Below are positions 49,286 to 58,681 of a DNA stretch of 64,000 nt, piece by piece. The DNA comes from a virus. Lineage: Duplodnaviria; Heunggongvirae; Uroviricota; Caudoviricetes. Under the pieces are notes generated by a model. That model was not told where the DNA came from. It made no database searches and worked only from the letters and a program-made list of their open reading frames with translations. The translations under genes and the position numbers were made by a program. Every line of letters begins with the position of its first letter. Position 1 is the stretch's first letter. The stretch spans positions 64,866 to 128,865 of the IMG/VR virus record IMGVR_UViG_3300027792_000307; one strand, given 5' to 3'.

Positions 49286-52200
49286 TTACCCACTTGCTCG
49301 CATACGGAATTTGAGTTGTTCAGAAAATTCCCCTGCATTAGCGATGGCATTTACATTAATTGGGCCCATTATATTGAAGTTTTCATTAATATTACTGGAA
49401 TAATCATTACCGCCACCACCAACAATTCCACCCTGTTGTTTATAACTAACCATATCCGGGAAGTATTTTGGTAGTATTTGCATTAATATTTGTTTACCAT
49501 ACTTTTTATTCAATCCCTGCAGAGGAATTATTGCTTCTTTCCCAGCCTCTCCTATCATAGATAATTGAGGACCTGCAACTATACCCCCTTTAGCCCAACC
49601 AAGATAATCACCAACTTTCTTTTTCATCAGATAAGTATTTAAATTATTTTTAAAATCCCATCTCTTTATTAATCCGGAAGTAGAAGTTACAGTACCTGTA
49701 GCTTTAGTTGGGTTCGTCATAGATTTAACATAACCAGCTGCTCCCTCTCCTGGTTTATAAGGTTCTCCTTCACTTCCTCCACCTGGAACTGCACCTCCAC
49801 CACCGCCTCCCCCACCACCTTTTCCACCCGCACCACCAGTTCCTTCGTCTGTTACAATATCTTGATATATAATTATAGGATGAGCATCCCAATAAGCTTG
49901 CATTGCTGTAAATAAATCGTTTAGCTGTAGAATATTATCGGATTTAAATTTTTCCCATAATTCCCCATTCCAAGTTTGTGTTACGTCAATACCGGATTCA
50001 GATGATATTGAGTTTAATGCATCTGTAATTTGTTGTTTTCTAGTTCCAGTTAAATCACTATAAAATTCATCAAAAGTATCCCCATCCCAAGATGACATCC
50101 AAGACATATCAAAGTCAAACCCCATATCATCCATCCAATCTAGCATTTTATTTGCATCACCACCAAATGTCTCCAAAAATATACTAGCTCCATCTAATGA
50201 CATAGCCGATTTAAAGACATTTTCATTCATACCCAAAAATGCTCTAGAAAGTTTATTAATAGCGTTTGTCATAGCTATACTAGCGGCTGTCATAGCTTTT
50301 GTTGTCTTTAATTGTTCTGCTTGTAAATCGTATCCAGTTTGTTGGTCTGAAAGCAAACCAGTTAAATTTGCTCTATAAACATCTATATTTTCAATACCTA
50401 ATATTTTTTGTAAATCCTCCATTTTCATATCTTTTTTGAATTGGTTCATCGCCTTTCCAGCTTCTATCATAGTTGCTGCAAGGATTAAATCTTCATCAGA
50501 AAATTCTGACAAGGATTTAGCATTAGTTGAATAAAACGCATTTAAAGTTTCTAATATAGATGCCTCATCTTCACCAATAGTTTCTGCTAGACCCATCTTT
50601 TTTATAAGGTCTTTATATACTGGACCAATACTAGATAATGTATCTATATAAGAATTAAGTTGAGTTGTAGTATAACCATGAGCTTGTAGATAAGCTAACG
50701 CTTCAGCTTGGTCTTTTACAGTATCAGTATAATTTTCTGCATTTTTATCCAAGGTTTGTAAAGCTATTGTACTATCTATATATAAATCAAGGTTTTTAAG
50801 TTCCTCTTCTCCCAACTTCTCTAAATCTATTGGTAGAACTTGCAAGGATTTGGCCATCCTTGTAGTATTATCCATTAAAGTAACGAATGCATCATCTAAT
50901 TCTAATGTTGCCGTAGCTAATTCCGCTTCTCCTTCAGCTATTTGTCCAGGAATTTCTATTAAATCTAAAAACTTACGATAAACTTCTTCAGATATAGCTC
51001 CAGTCTCTTTTAATCTTTCAATTGTTGGAAGAACTTCTGTTCTGAAATTTGCAACAGCATTACTTAATCTATCCTGTGCATCTTTATATCTAACAATAAT
51101 ATCAACATTTTCTGCACCAGAACCTATTAAATCTCTCAATGCCTTATCATATTCTTTAGTTCCTTTCTTTGAAGCCATAAATGCCTTATATTCTTCATAT
51201 TGATTGGCATTAAGCTTTTCTACAGCTTTTGTATATTCAAAGTTTAACTCCTGAACCCCTCCTTGGGCCTTTTCTAATTCAGTGTAAGCACCTATCATAT
51301 CTTCTGTCAGCATACCCTCCTCTGCAAGTGCATCAAATAATTCCTCCTCTCCCTCTGCTTGGTCATTCTTTAATTTATATAATTTGTATTCAATTTCATA
51401 TACTTTTTCCTGCATTTCAAAGTAATTCTTTAATTTTTCACTAGTAAATTTAAGTATGTTTGCTGTAAAATCTAATAATGCATTATATTCGGCTTCAGCT
51501 AAAGATGCATTAGTGGTTGCATCGGCAAGGAGTTCTCTAGAATTTAATAAATCTTGAGAGAATGTTAATAATTCTGTTTCATTTGAAGTTAACATTGCAT
51601 ATTCAGTTACAGTATGTTCTGTCTCTAATCCTTCGTCAACTACATGCTGTATGGCCTTACCATATTCTTTATATGAATTTATAACATTTTTAGAAATAGT
51701 AAGAGTGGAATTCTTTTCAGCCAATTCAGTTTCATTTTCAGATAGATCTCTTGTTGCAGATTCCAATGCAGCGTATGCCCGAAGAGCTTCTTTAGAATTG
51801 GATCCAAATGTATTCAATGCTGCGGCGTATTCTATAGTAGTATTTGAAAGTTCTGTTAAAGCATTTTCATGTTCTCTTTCGAGTTCTTGTATTTGATTTT
51901 GTATACTTGCATAATTTTCCATCTCTCCTATAACTTCATCTAAAATACCTATATTTTGTGATAGAAGTCTATTTTTTGCTTCCTTTTGTGTAATTTCACC
52001 CTTTTCGTCAGTTATTGCTTTATCTGAACTTTTATACACTCTTATCTGGGATTCATTAACCCCACGAATTGCAGTTAAATATCCTTTTATAGCACCCATT
52101 TCATCTGCTATGGCTTTTCTAGTTTTTTCGGTTGCATAAGCAACTTTTACTTGAGCATCAGCGTAAGCTTCAATATCTAATTTAGCAGCTTTATTGAGTT

Positions 52201-55200
52201 CAGTAAGTTCCTCTTTCGCTTTTTTCTCTTCTTTTAATGCAATATCAAGATTTTCTGTAGCTACCTGGTACTTAAGAATTTGTGGTGATAATTTTGAAGT
52301 TATAGCCCATTGTTGATTATCCAATACGATGCTTTTTTTCTTTTCTGGATCCAAAGCCATAAACTCTACACCTAATTCATGCCAGTATTTTATATAATTC
52401 ATTATTGAATCAGTATCTCCCATATCAACTTCTGGGGGTTTAATCTCTTTTAATCTTTCTAAATCGTACTTAAATCTCTTATCGAATGCACCTTTTCCAG
52501 CTATTGTATCATAAAGTTTTACATATTCATCTCTAGTAAGTTTCACAGATTTCATTTCTTTTTCTAAATTACCTGTTTCGGCTCCCCATTCATATAAAGT
52601 TATATTATGGTCTGGTAAACCAATTTTAAACTTTTGAGTTTTTTGTACTGTATTAATTAACTCAAATAATGCTAAATTAACTCTATTTATATCCCCTGTA
52701 AAATCATCAAATTGGTCCCCAGAAGTTATACCCATAAATTCTCTGAAAGATTTCAAAGTATACTCTGTTGCGTCTTTAAAAACCGTTAAAGCTGCAGTTA
52801 TAGCAAATATTGAACCTACGGCTAATGCTGCTATAAGAGCCCAAGGATTAGCTAAAATAGATTTATTAAGGGCATTATGAAGAACTATAGCTTCAGATGT
52901 TTTAACATTAACAGCCTGTTGAGCTACAGCTTCAGCACCTAATAATGCAACTTTAAGCTTACTTAAACCAATACCTATAGCGGTAGCAGAATTAGTAGCT
53001 ATTTGAACGAATTTTAGAGTCATCCACATAGGAAGTAAAAATGATAATATTTGTAATAATCCTTTTAAATTTTTAACCAAAAATGATAATACTCCACCAA
53101 TTGCTCTTAATGTTGGAACTAGGTCTTTCATACCATCGGCCATAGCCATTAAACCTGGAGCCATACTTTCAGCAATCTCTAGACCAGCCGTATGAATAGC
53201 GTTTTCAGATTTTTTAAATGCAGATAATAAAGTGGATTCTTGTAATTCTGCAACCGCTGCTGTTACTCCCTTAGCATTTTCCAATTCAGATACGTATCTA
53301 GCAACTTCATCGGCGTTATCTACCAAAGTCATTGCCGCTGAGGCGGTTCTAGACCTGAATATCTCGGAGGATTGTGCAGCCCCAAATCCAGCATTTCTCA
53401 ATTTATATAATATTTCTGTAAAGGTATATATTTCAGGATTTACATCATCGATAGTTAGACCCAACTCTGCTAGAGCGTCACTAGCTTCTTTAGTCGGGTC
53501 TAAAAATTTAGTAAAAATCATATTTAAACGTTGACCAGCAGCAGCCCCTTCCATACCTCTATCTGTAAGAGCGGCTAAAGAAGCAACAGCCTCTTCTAAC
53601 TCTATACCCATAGCACCGGCTGTAGGACCAACGTATTCCATACCAGCTTTTAATCTATCAAATGTTAAGAAAGACGAGTTAATTGCCTGTGTAAAAACAT
53701 CTACAACTCTTTGAGTATCTTCGAACTCTAATCCAAAGGAAGTTAAGGCTGTGGCTACGGAATATGTAGCATCCTTTAATTCTACTTGTGTTGCTGTGGC
53801 ATATTGTAATATTGGTAATAGATTTTGTTCTGTCATTTCTCCTATATCATAACCAGCTGAAGCTAAATCATAGAAAGCTTCTGCAACCTGATTTGCATTA
53901 TATAAAGTTTTTTTACCAAGGCTCTTTGATAAATCCATAATATGTTTACTAACTGCTTCAAAACCAGAACCCATATATCCTGTTACAGCTGTTGCGTTAA
54001 CTGCGGCCTGTTGGAATTGCTTAAAGTTATCAATTAAACCTTGAATACCCTGTCTTAATTGCATAACCATTTGAACACCGACCGAGAAAGTTATGTAGTG
54101 TAATACTTGAGCACCGAATTGTCTTACGCTATCTCCTAAACTCTTAAACCCTAGAATGCCCCTTTTAGTTTGGGCTTCTACGGCCTTTAAGTTAGCAACT
54201 AAAGCGTATTGGTCTTTACCTAAACTTACAATACCGTTTGATAGTTCCATAGATGTACCGTATTGCTTATTAAATGCAGCTGTTTGTTTTTGTGCTGCCA
54301 AAGTAGCTTTACCCATAAATGCTGCATTTTTATACTGTTCTGGTGTCAATACTTGGTAAACCTTATAATATCTAGACAAAGCTTGTGTAATAGTATCAAT
54401 CTTTTGACTTTCCATACCAACATTAGAAGTTGCAGGAACCCCAACAGTTTCTCTTAAAGCTGCATTTTTTTGTCTTATAGCTATAATAACTTTTTGTAAT
54501 CCATTTTCAACTCCTCGTTCCTCCATAATTATGTCTTGATTTTGTGTTTGATATTTTGATAATGTAGTCATTAAACTTTTTACTTCCGAATTAAATGATT
54601 CTGTTGTTTGTCCTTTTCTTTGCATTAATGTAACTACTTCTTCCCCTCCCTGAAATCCTGGCATTGTAGTATAAGGAGTTGGAGTAGGTGCCCCACCAGA
54701 AATTTGACCTTCCTTTATTGCTGCATTTTTATCTCTTATTGCAACTGTAACCATTCTAATTTTATCTACAGTTTCCCCTTCAGTAGTAATTAATTGTTCA
54801 TCTATCCCAACTTGTTTTTGTAGCGTAGCTTGTAGTTCTTTAACCCGAATGTCGAATTTCTCCGCACTTTCTTTACTCTTATCAAAAGATATGGATTCTG
54901 ATACCATTTGTTTTGGCGGTAATGCAAGTTGTGGTTGTGTCCCAATAAATTCATTTTCAAATGTAGTTCCCTTTGGCATACCCCAATCAGCAGTAAATGT
55001 ACTCTTTAAAGCTTGTTGTAAAGCTAATCCTTCAGCTCTGGCAGTTCTTAATTGTTCAGTCAATGGCAACATTAAATTTTTTGGAACCACGTTTCCGAAG
55101 TTATTCCGGAGTTCATTCATAGTGTCTAAAATCTTCCCTTGAGCTTCTTTGTTAGCTGTAATTAATCCCTGGAATATTTTTTCTGTACCAGTTAATGTTG

Positions 55201-55348
55201 GAGCCGGAATATGTCTAGGAATAGCACTAAAAAGTTCTCTATTGATATCTGAAGCTAAAGTAGCAACGGTATTCCTAATTTTACTTGCCGCAGTGGTAAT
55301 ATTGCTAAATTCTGCAAGGAAAGTTATATTTACACTATTTTCTGCCAT
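49286..55348 (-). CDS. Tail tape measure protein (TP901-type core), 2020 aa
   Basis: YDLASAG, ATATQVEL, MEYVGPTAGAMGIELEEAVASLAAL...GAAAGQRL; long helical body; C-terminal AKGGIV...IGEAGKEAIIPL. Confidence 0.92.
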   Translation of the reverse strand: MAENSVNITFLAEFSNITTAASKIRNTVATLASDINRELFSAIPRHIPAPTLTGTEKIFQGLITANKEAQGKILDTMNELRNNFGNVVPKNLMLPLTEQLRTARAEGLALQQALKSTFTADWGMPKGTTFENEFIGTQPQLALPPKQMVSESISFDKSKESAEKFDIRVKELQATLQKQVGIDEQLITTEGETVDKIRMVTVAIRDKNAAIKEGQISGGAPTPTPYTTMPGFQGGEEVVTLMQRKGQTTESFNSEVKSLMTTLSKYQTQNQDIIMEERGVENGLQKVIIAIRQKNAALRETVGVPATSNVGMESQKIDTITQALSRYYKVYQVLTPEQYKNAAFMGKATLAAQKQTAAFNKQYGTSMELSNGIVSLGKDQYALVANLKAVEAQTKRGILGFKSLGDSVRQFGAQVLHYITFSVGVQMVMQLRQGIQGLIDNFKQFQQAAVNATAVTGYMGSGFEAVSKHIMDLSKSLGKKTLYNANQVAEAFYDLASAGYDIGEMTEQNLLPILQYATATQVELKDATYSVATALTSFGLEFEDTQRVVDVFTQAINSSFLTFDRLKAGMEYVGPTAGAMGIELEEAVASLAALTDRGMEGAAAGQRLNMIFTKFLDPTKEASDALAELGLTIDDVNPEIYTFTEILYKLRNAGFGAAQSSEIFRSRTASAAMTLVDNADEVARYVSELENAKGVTAAVAELQESTLLSAFKKSENAIHTAGLEIAESMAPGLMAMADGMKDLVPTLRAIGGVLSFLVKNLKGLLQILSFLLPMWMTLKFVQIATNSATAIGIGLSKLKVALLGAEAVAQQAVNVKTSEAIVLHNALNKSILANPWALIAALAVGSIFAITAALTVFKDATEYTLKSFREFMGITSGDQFDDFTGDINRVNLALFELINTVQKTQKFKIGLPDHNITLYEWGAETGNLEKEMKSVKLTRDEYVKLYDTIAGKGAFDKRFKYDLERLKEIKPPEVDMGDTDSIMNYIKYWHELGVEFMALDPEKKKSIVLDNQQWAITSKLSPQILKYQVATENLDIALKEEKKAKEELTELNKAAKLDIEAYADAQVKVAYATEKTRKAIADEMGAIKGYLTAIRGVNESQIRVYKSSDKAITDEKGEITQKEAKNRLLSQNIGILDEVIGEMENYASIQNQIQELEREHENALTELSNTTIEYAAALNTFGSNSKEALRAYAALESATRDLSENETELAEKNSTLTISKNVINSYKEYGKAIQHVVDEGLETEHTVTEYAMLTSNETELLTFSQDLLNSRELLADATTNASLAEAEYNALLDFTANILKFTSEKLKNYFEMQEKVYEIEYKLYKLKNDQAEGEEELFDALAEEGMLTEDMIGAYTELEKAQGGVQELNFEYTKAVEKLNANQYEEYKAFMASKKGTKEYDKALRDLIGSGAENVDIIVRYKDAQDRLSNAVANFRTEVLPTIERLKETGAISEEVYRKFLDLIEIPGQIAEGEAELATATLELDDAFVTLMDNTTRMAKSLQVLPIDLEKLGEEELKNLDLYIDSTIALQTLDKNAENYTDTVKDQAEALAYLQAHGYTTTQLNSYIDTLSSIGPVYKDLIKKMGLAETIGEDEASILETLNAFYSTNAKSLSEFSDEDLILAATMIEAGKAMNQFKKDMKMEDLQKILGIENIDVYRANLTGLLSDQQTGYDLQAEQLKTTKAMTAASIAMTNAINKLSRAFLGMNENVFKSAMSLDGASIFLETFGGDANKMLDWMDDMGFDFDMSWMSSWDGDTFDEFYSDLTGTRKQQITDALNSISSESGIDVTQTWNGELWEKFKSDNILQLNDLFTAMQAYWDAHPIIIYQDIVTDEGTGGAGGKGGGGGGGGGAVPGGGSEGEPYKPGEGAAGYVKSMTNPTKATGTVTSTSGLIKRWDFKNNLNTYLMKKKVGDYLGWAKGGIVAGPQLSMIGEAGKEAIIPLQGLNKKYGKQILMQILPKYFPDMVSYKQQGGIVGGGGNDYSSNINENFNIMGPINVNAIANAGEFSEQLKFRMRASG

Positions 55349-55463
55349 AATTACCTATAAAAACAACATTTATACATAAATCGTTAATACTTGCTAAAAA
55401 AAGTAAAAAACATTGAAGTATATAGCAATTTTATAAAGTTTAAAGAAAAAAGGATATTTAGAA
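55349..55463. promoter_or_regulatory. AT-rich intergenic element upstream of the tape measure gene
   Basis: T6 and T8 runs on the - strand; AGGT RBS before the start; shares motifs with 32739-33001. Confidence 0.4.
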
Positions 55464-55781
55464 CTATGTTTGGTCTACATTTACAAGCCAAATTACTTCC
55501 CTTTCGTGTTTTTCTTTATAATCATATTTTGTTCCATAATAAAATCTCCCCCACCAATCTATTAAATAGATACCTAGCAAATCGGTAGGACCCGTTGAAA
55601 AGTAATATCTATAGTTTCCTGTGGAATCTTTTGAACCGGAACCTTCTATTAAAATGGTCCCATCTGGTTTATATATCTCAACGTAAGCAATATTACCAGA
55701 AGGATCAACTGGGGTAGATCCGGATTTGAATGCCACCATAGTTCTTACTGTTGTTTCCCTTTCAAATTTAGTTAAACTCAA
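55464..55781 (-). CDS. Ig-like/BppU-N-like virion accessory protein; TTG start
   Basis: VDPS...VEIYKPDGT...STGNYRYYF...GIYLIDW pattern. Confidence 0.6.
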   Translation of the reverse strand: MSLTKFERETTVRTMVAFKSGSTPVDPSGNIAYVEIYKPDGTILIEGSGSKDSTGNYRYYFSTGPTDLLGIYLIDWWGRFYYGTKYDYKEKHEREVIWLVNVDQT

Positions 55782-55794
55782 TTTTACATCCCCG

Positions 55795-56007
55795 TTATTG
55801 AGATACAGATACTATACATGTGGTTTCCTGGTCTTTGGAAACGACTGCAACATTTTCTGTTCCATCTGTAGTATGTGCCGCAGAATGCTCTTGATCGTAA
55901 GTAACCGTAACTGAATTAGGAATTACCGTATCAGGTATTATATGAAGATAAGTATCAAATAAAGAATCATCGAAAATTGCCGTATCAAAAAATGCGTCAG
56001 TTGGCAT
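55795..56007 (-). CDS. Small hypothetical virion protein, 70 aa
   Basis: FFDTAIFDDSLFD repeat; start overlaps the upstream stop (TAATG). Confidence 0.55.
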   Translation of the reverse strand: MPTDAFFDTAIFDDSLFDTYLHIIPDTVIPNSVTVTYDQEHSAAHTTDGTENVAVVSKDQETTCIVSVSQ

Positions 56008-57578
56008 TATCTATTCTCCAATAATTCAAAACTACCACCAGCTCCACCAGCATTAGTTGCAACATCGTCCTTAACTGCAGAATATATTTCATTAGGATTT
56101 GTTGAACCGCTACATAAATCTGGAGGTATTGTATCACCCATATAAACATTCGATCCTTCTGGTGCATTGAAATATGCATCTCCATTACACCATATTACAC
56201 CATTCTTATCAAATCTCACAGCACCACCTTCGTGACTACCCCACATCCAACCATTAGAAGTATCAAACCAAATACAACCAGACTCATTTGTATTTTCATC
56301 CCAATAATGAATATATCTTGGATCCCCTGGATTACCGGTTAAATTACCAGGTCTAGAAGTATAACCTCCTCCATTAGGTAGATTACCACTCCCCTGGGGC
56401 ATTATGAAAATATTTACTCCATCTTTATATTCACCTAAACCACCTTGCCAGAATACATAAGAATGTCCAGATATATTTGTCATAACACTATCACAACTAC
56501 CGAAAGTTCCACCAACTGTATTTATTTTATATATTCTATGTTGACCACTTGTAGAAACATATCCAATTTTAAAGGCATCTCTAGTAGAATCGGATCCTCT
56601 ATTTAAATCTTTAACTATATCACCATAATATTTTAAGCATATGAATCTAGCGTAGTCATCAGGGTAATCTTGGGATCTTATTACAGGAATAAAATTCCGG
56701 TAACCCCAATATTTATTTCCTACATATTCAATATTTGTCCAATTACCCCACGTTCTTGCATTATCTGTACTTATCTTACCTACAAGCCATCCGCCAGAAG
56801 TCATAAATACTACTACATTATTTTTAGTACTACATAAACATCTATCGTAGTGTAAACTCCCACTAGCAGCAAAATTAGATTGAATATTTAAAGTATTATA
56901 CCATGTTCCACTAGGACCAATGGAAGACGACATATAATAAGTTTTTAAATAACCATCATTTCCTAGTTTAACTACTGTAGAATAAATTAATTCCCCATTA
57001 GGCATTATATTATCACAATAAGTTAAATCTGTCCAGCTATTCCATCCTTTATAGGGTCCGCAATTTAAAGATGATAATCTTGTAAATATAAGAGTACCTT
57101 CTTTTCTTTGTATATCTCTATTAGAATGACCACTTCCAACACATTTTCCACATGGAGAAAACCAAAAGTCCCAACCTCCTGGATAAGGAGGACTAGCTAT
57201 ATTATATTTCCAACTATTACATGAATTTGGGTAAGTGTATAATGTAGTTTGACAGTAAGTAGATGCTGTACGACCAACCATATTATACCAAATTCTATTT
57301 TTAAAATCTTTAAAAGAATGACCATATAAACAATATGTAGAAGAACCATCTGCAGAAAATAAATCTATTTCATTACCTACAGAATTCCCAGAAATTATTT
57401 TATAGGAAACATCGGTTGATGTAGAATCGTTAGCTCCATTTCTATAAAACATTATAACTTTTCTTGTATAATCTTCTAGTTCCTCTTCCTCTTCTTGAAA
57501 TAATCTATGAATAAAACAAACTTTACCGGAACCAGTAGATATAGTTCTGTTTCCAGTTAATCTATTAAATATATTCAT
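56007..57578 (-). CDS. BNR/Asp-box beta-propeller (sialidase-like fold), paralog A
   Basis: ISTDNARTW; YTYPNSCNSWK, GGWD, GPYK and IMPNGE shared with 58681. Confidence 0.55.
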   Translation of the reverse strand: MNIFNRLTGNRTISTGSGKVCFIHRLFQEEEEELEDYTRKVIMFYRNGANDSTSTDVSYKIISGNSVGNEIDLFSADGSSTYCLYGHSFKDFKNRIWYNMVGRTASTYCQTTLYTYPNSCNSWKYNIASPPYPGGWDFWFSPCGKCVGSGHSNRDIQRKEGTLIFTRLSSLNCGPYKGWNSWTDLTYCDNIMPNGELIYSTVVKLGNDGYLKTYYMSSSIGPSGTWYNTLNIQSNFAASGSLHYDRCLCSTKNNVVVFMTSGGWLVGKISTDNARTWGNWTNIEYVGNKYWGYRNFIPVIRSQDYPDDYARFICLKYYGDIVKDLNRGSDSTRDAFKIGYVSTSGQHRIYKINTVGGTFGSCDSVMTNISGHSYVFWQGGLGEYKDGVNIFIMPQGSGNLPNGGGYTSRPGNLTGNPGDPRYIHYWDENTNESGCIWFDTSNGWMWGSHEGGAVRFDKNGVIWCNGDAYFNAPEGSNVYMGDTIPPDLCSGSTNPNEIYSAVKDDVATNAGGAGGSFELLENR

Positions 57579-58681
57579 GTAATATAAGCTGGTTTTAAAT
57601 AAGACATATTATCTAAGGAATAATCTTCAATTAGATACATTCCACTTGTGGTATTTTGAGTACTGATATAACCCATACCTTCATTAGATGTGGTAACTGG
57701 AGGAGCAAAAGTAGACCAAGAACCAAATGTTGCCCCAGGCATCCCAACTGGTATATATTTGTGTTCAAATATGTATTCAATATCTGTATCTCCTTGTCCA
57801 TAATCTGAAACTTCTCCCTGTAAAATTCCAAATTCTTTATAATCAGTCATGTAAGTAGTATCTTTTGAAGATTTATTATTAACTCCTAACCATTTTACTC
57901 CAAATATGCCACCGGATGTATAATACCAAGTCATATCTATCCATGTATCCTTTGGTATTTGTGTTGTATCTCCAATATCTGTATAAGAAGTTAATCTATA
58001 TATCTGATTTGCTCTATCTGTATCGTGATAAGCCTCGTATCCAGTACCAAGTATATTAATACCACCGGCTTGAAGAACTCCAGTTAAATTTCCAAGAGCA
58101 ACTACAGTATATCTTGTAGTTTCTTTATAAATCCTTGCAGTTACCGCAATATTAGAACTTCTATAAGCATATTTTGAATATAATAATGCAGAATCATAAT
58201 TATCTGTATGTGCAGTTAATACTACTTGCCCATTAGAAATTGTTACAGTTGAACCTCCATTAACCGTAGAACCCCATTTATTTGCATTTAACGTCCCTCC
58301 ATGGAAATCATCAAATAGTATAAATGTTTGCTCACCAGAACAATACGGAGTCGTTGCAGAAGTATTTCCAATAAACATATATATAGTATCTGTGCCATCA
58401 TCTGGCATTCTTACCCAAATATTAGATGATAATGCTCCAGATTTTTGATACCATTGTGCCAATTGAGTTGCAGTTGTTGGGTCGTTTGTTGTACCAAATC
58501 TTATATCATATGGCCAATAATCACAATTTGTGTTGCAGAATAAGATATTGCTAGCAGGAACATCTACACCGTTCCCTGAGTACACCCATATACTATTCTG
58601 ATAACTTGCACTAAAGTTATTTATATCAGAAAAATCTAATTGTTTATAATATGTCCAACCTGTAGAAGGATTTAATGACAT
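57575..58681 (-). CDS. DUF2341 domain + lectin-like virion protein
   Basis: GWTYYKQL, DIRF, IWVRMP, YMFIGN, TFILFDDF. Confidence 0.72.
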   Translation of the reverse strand: MSLNPSTGWTYYKQLDFSDINNFSASYQNSIWVYSGNGVDVPASNILFCNTNCDYWPYDIRFGTTNDPTTATQLAQWYQKSGALSSNIWVRMPDDGTDTIYMFIGNTSATTPYCSGEQTFILFDDFHGGTLNANKWGSTVNGGSTVTISNGQVVLTAHTDNYDSALLYSKYAYRSSNIAVTARIYKETTRYTVVALGNLTGVLQAGGINILGTGYEAYHDTDRANQIYRLTSYTDIGDTTQIPKDTWIDMTWYYTSGGIFGVKWLGVNNKSSKDTTYMTDYKEFGILQGEVSDYGQGDTDIEYIFEHKYIPVGMPGATFGSWSTFAPPVTTSNEGMGYISTQNTTSGMYLIEDYSLDNMSYLKPAYIT

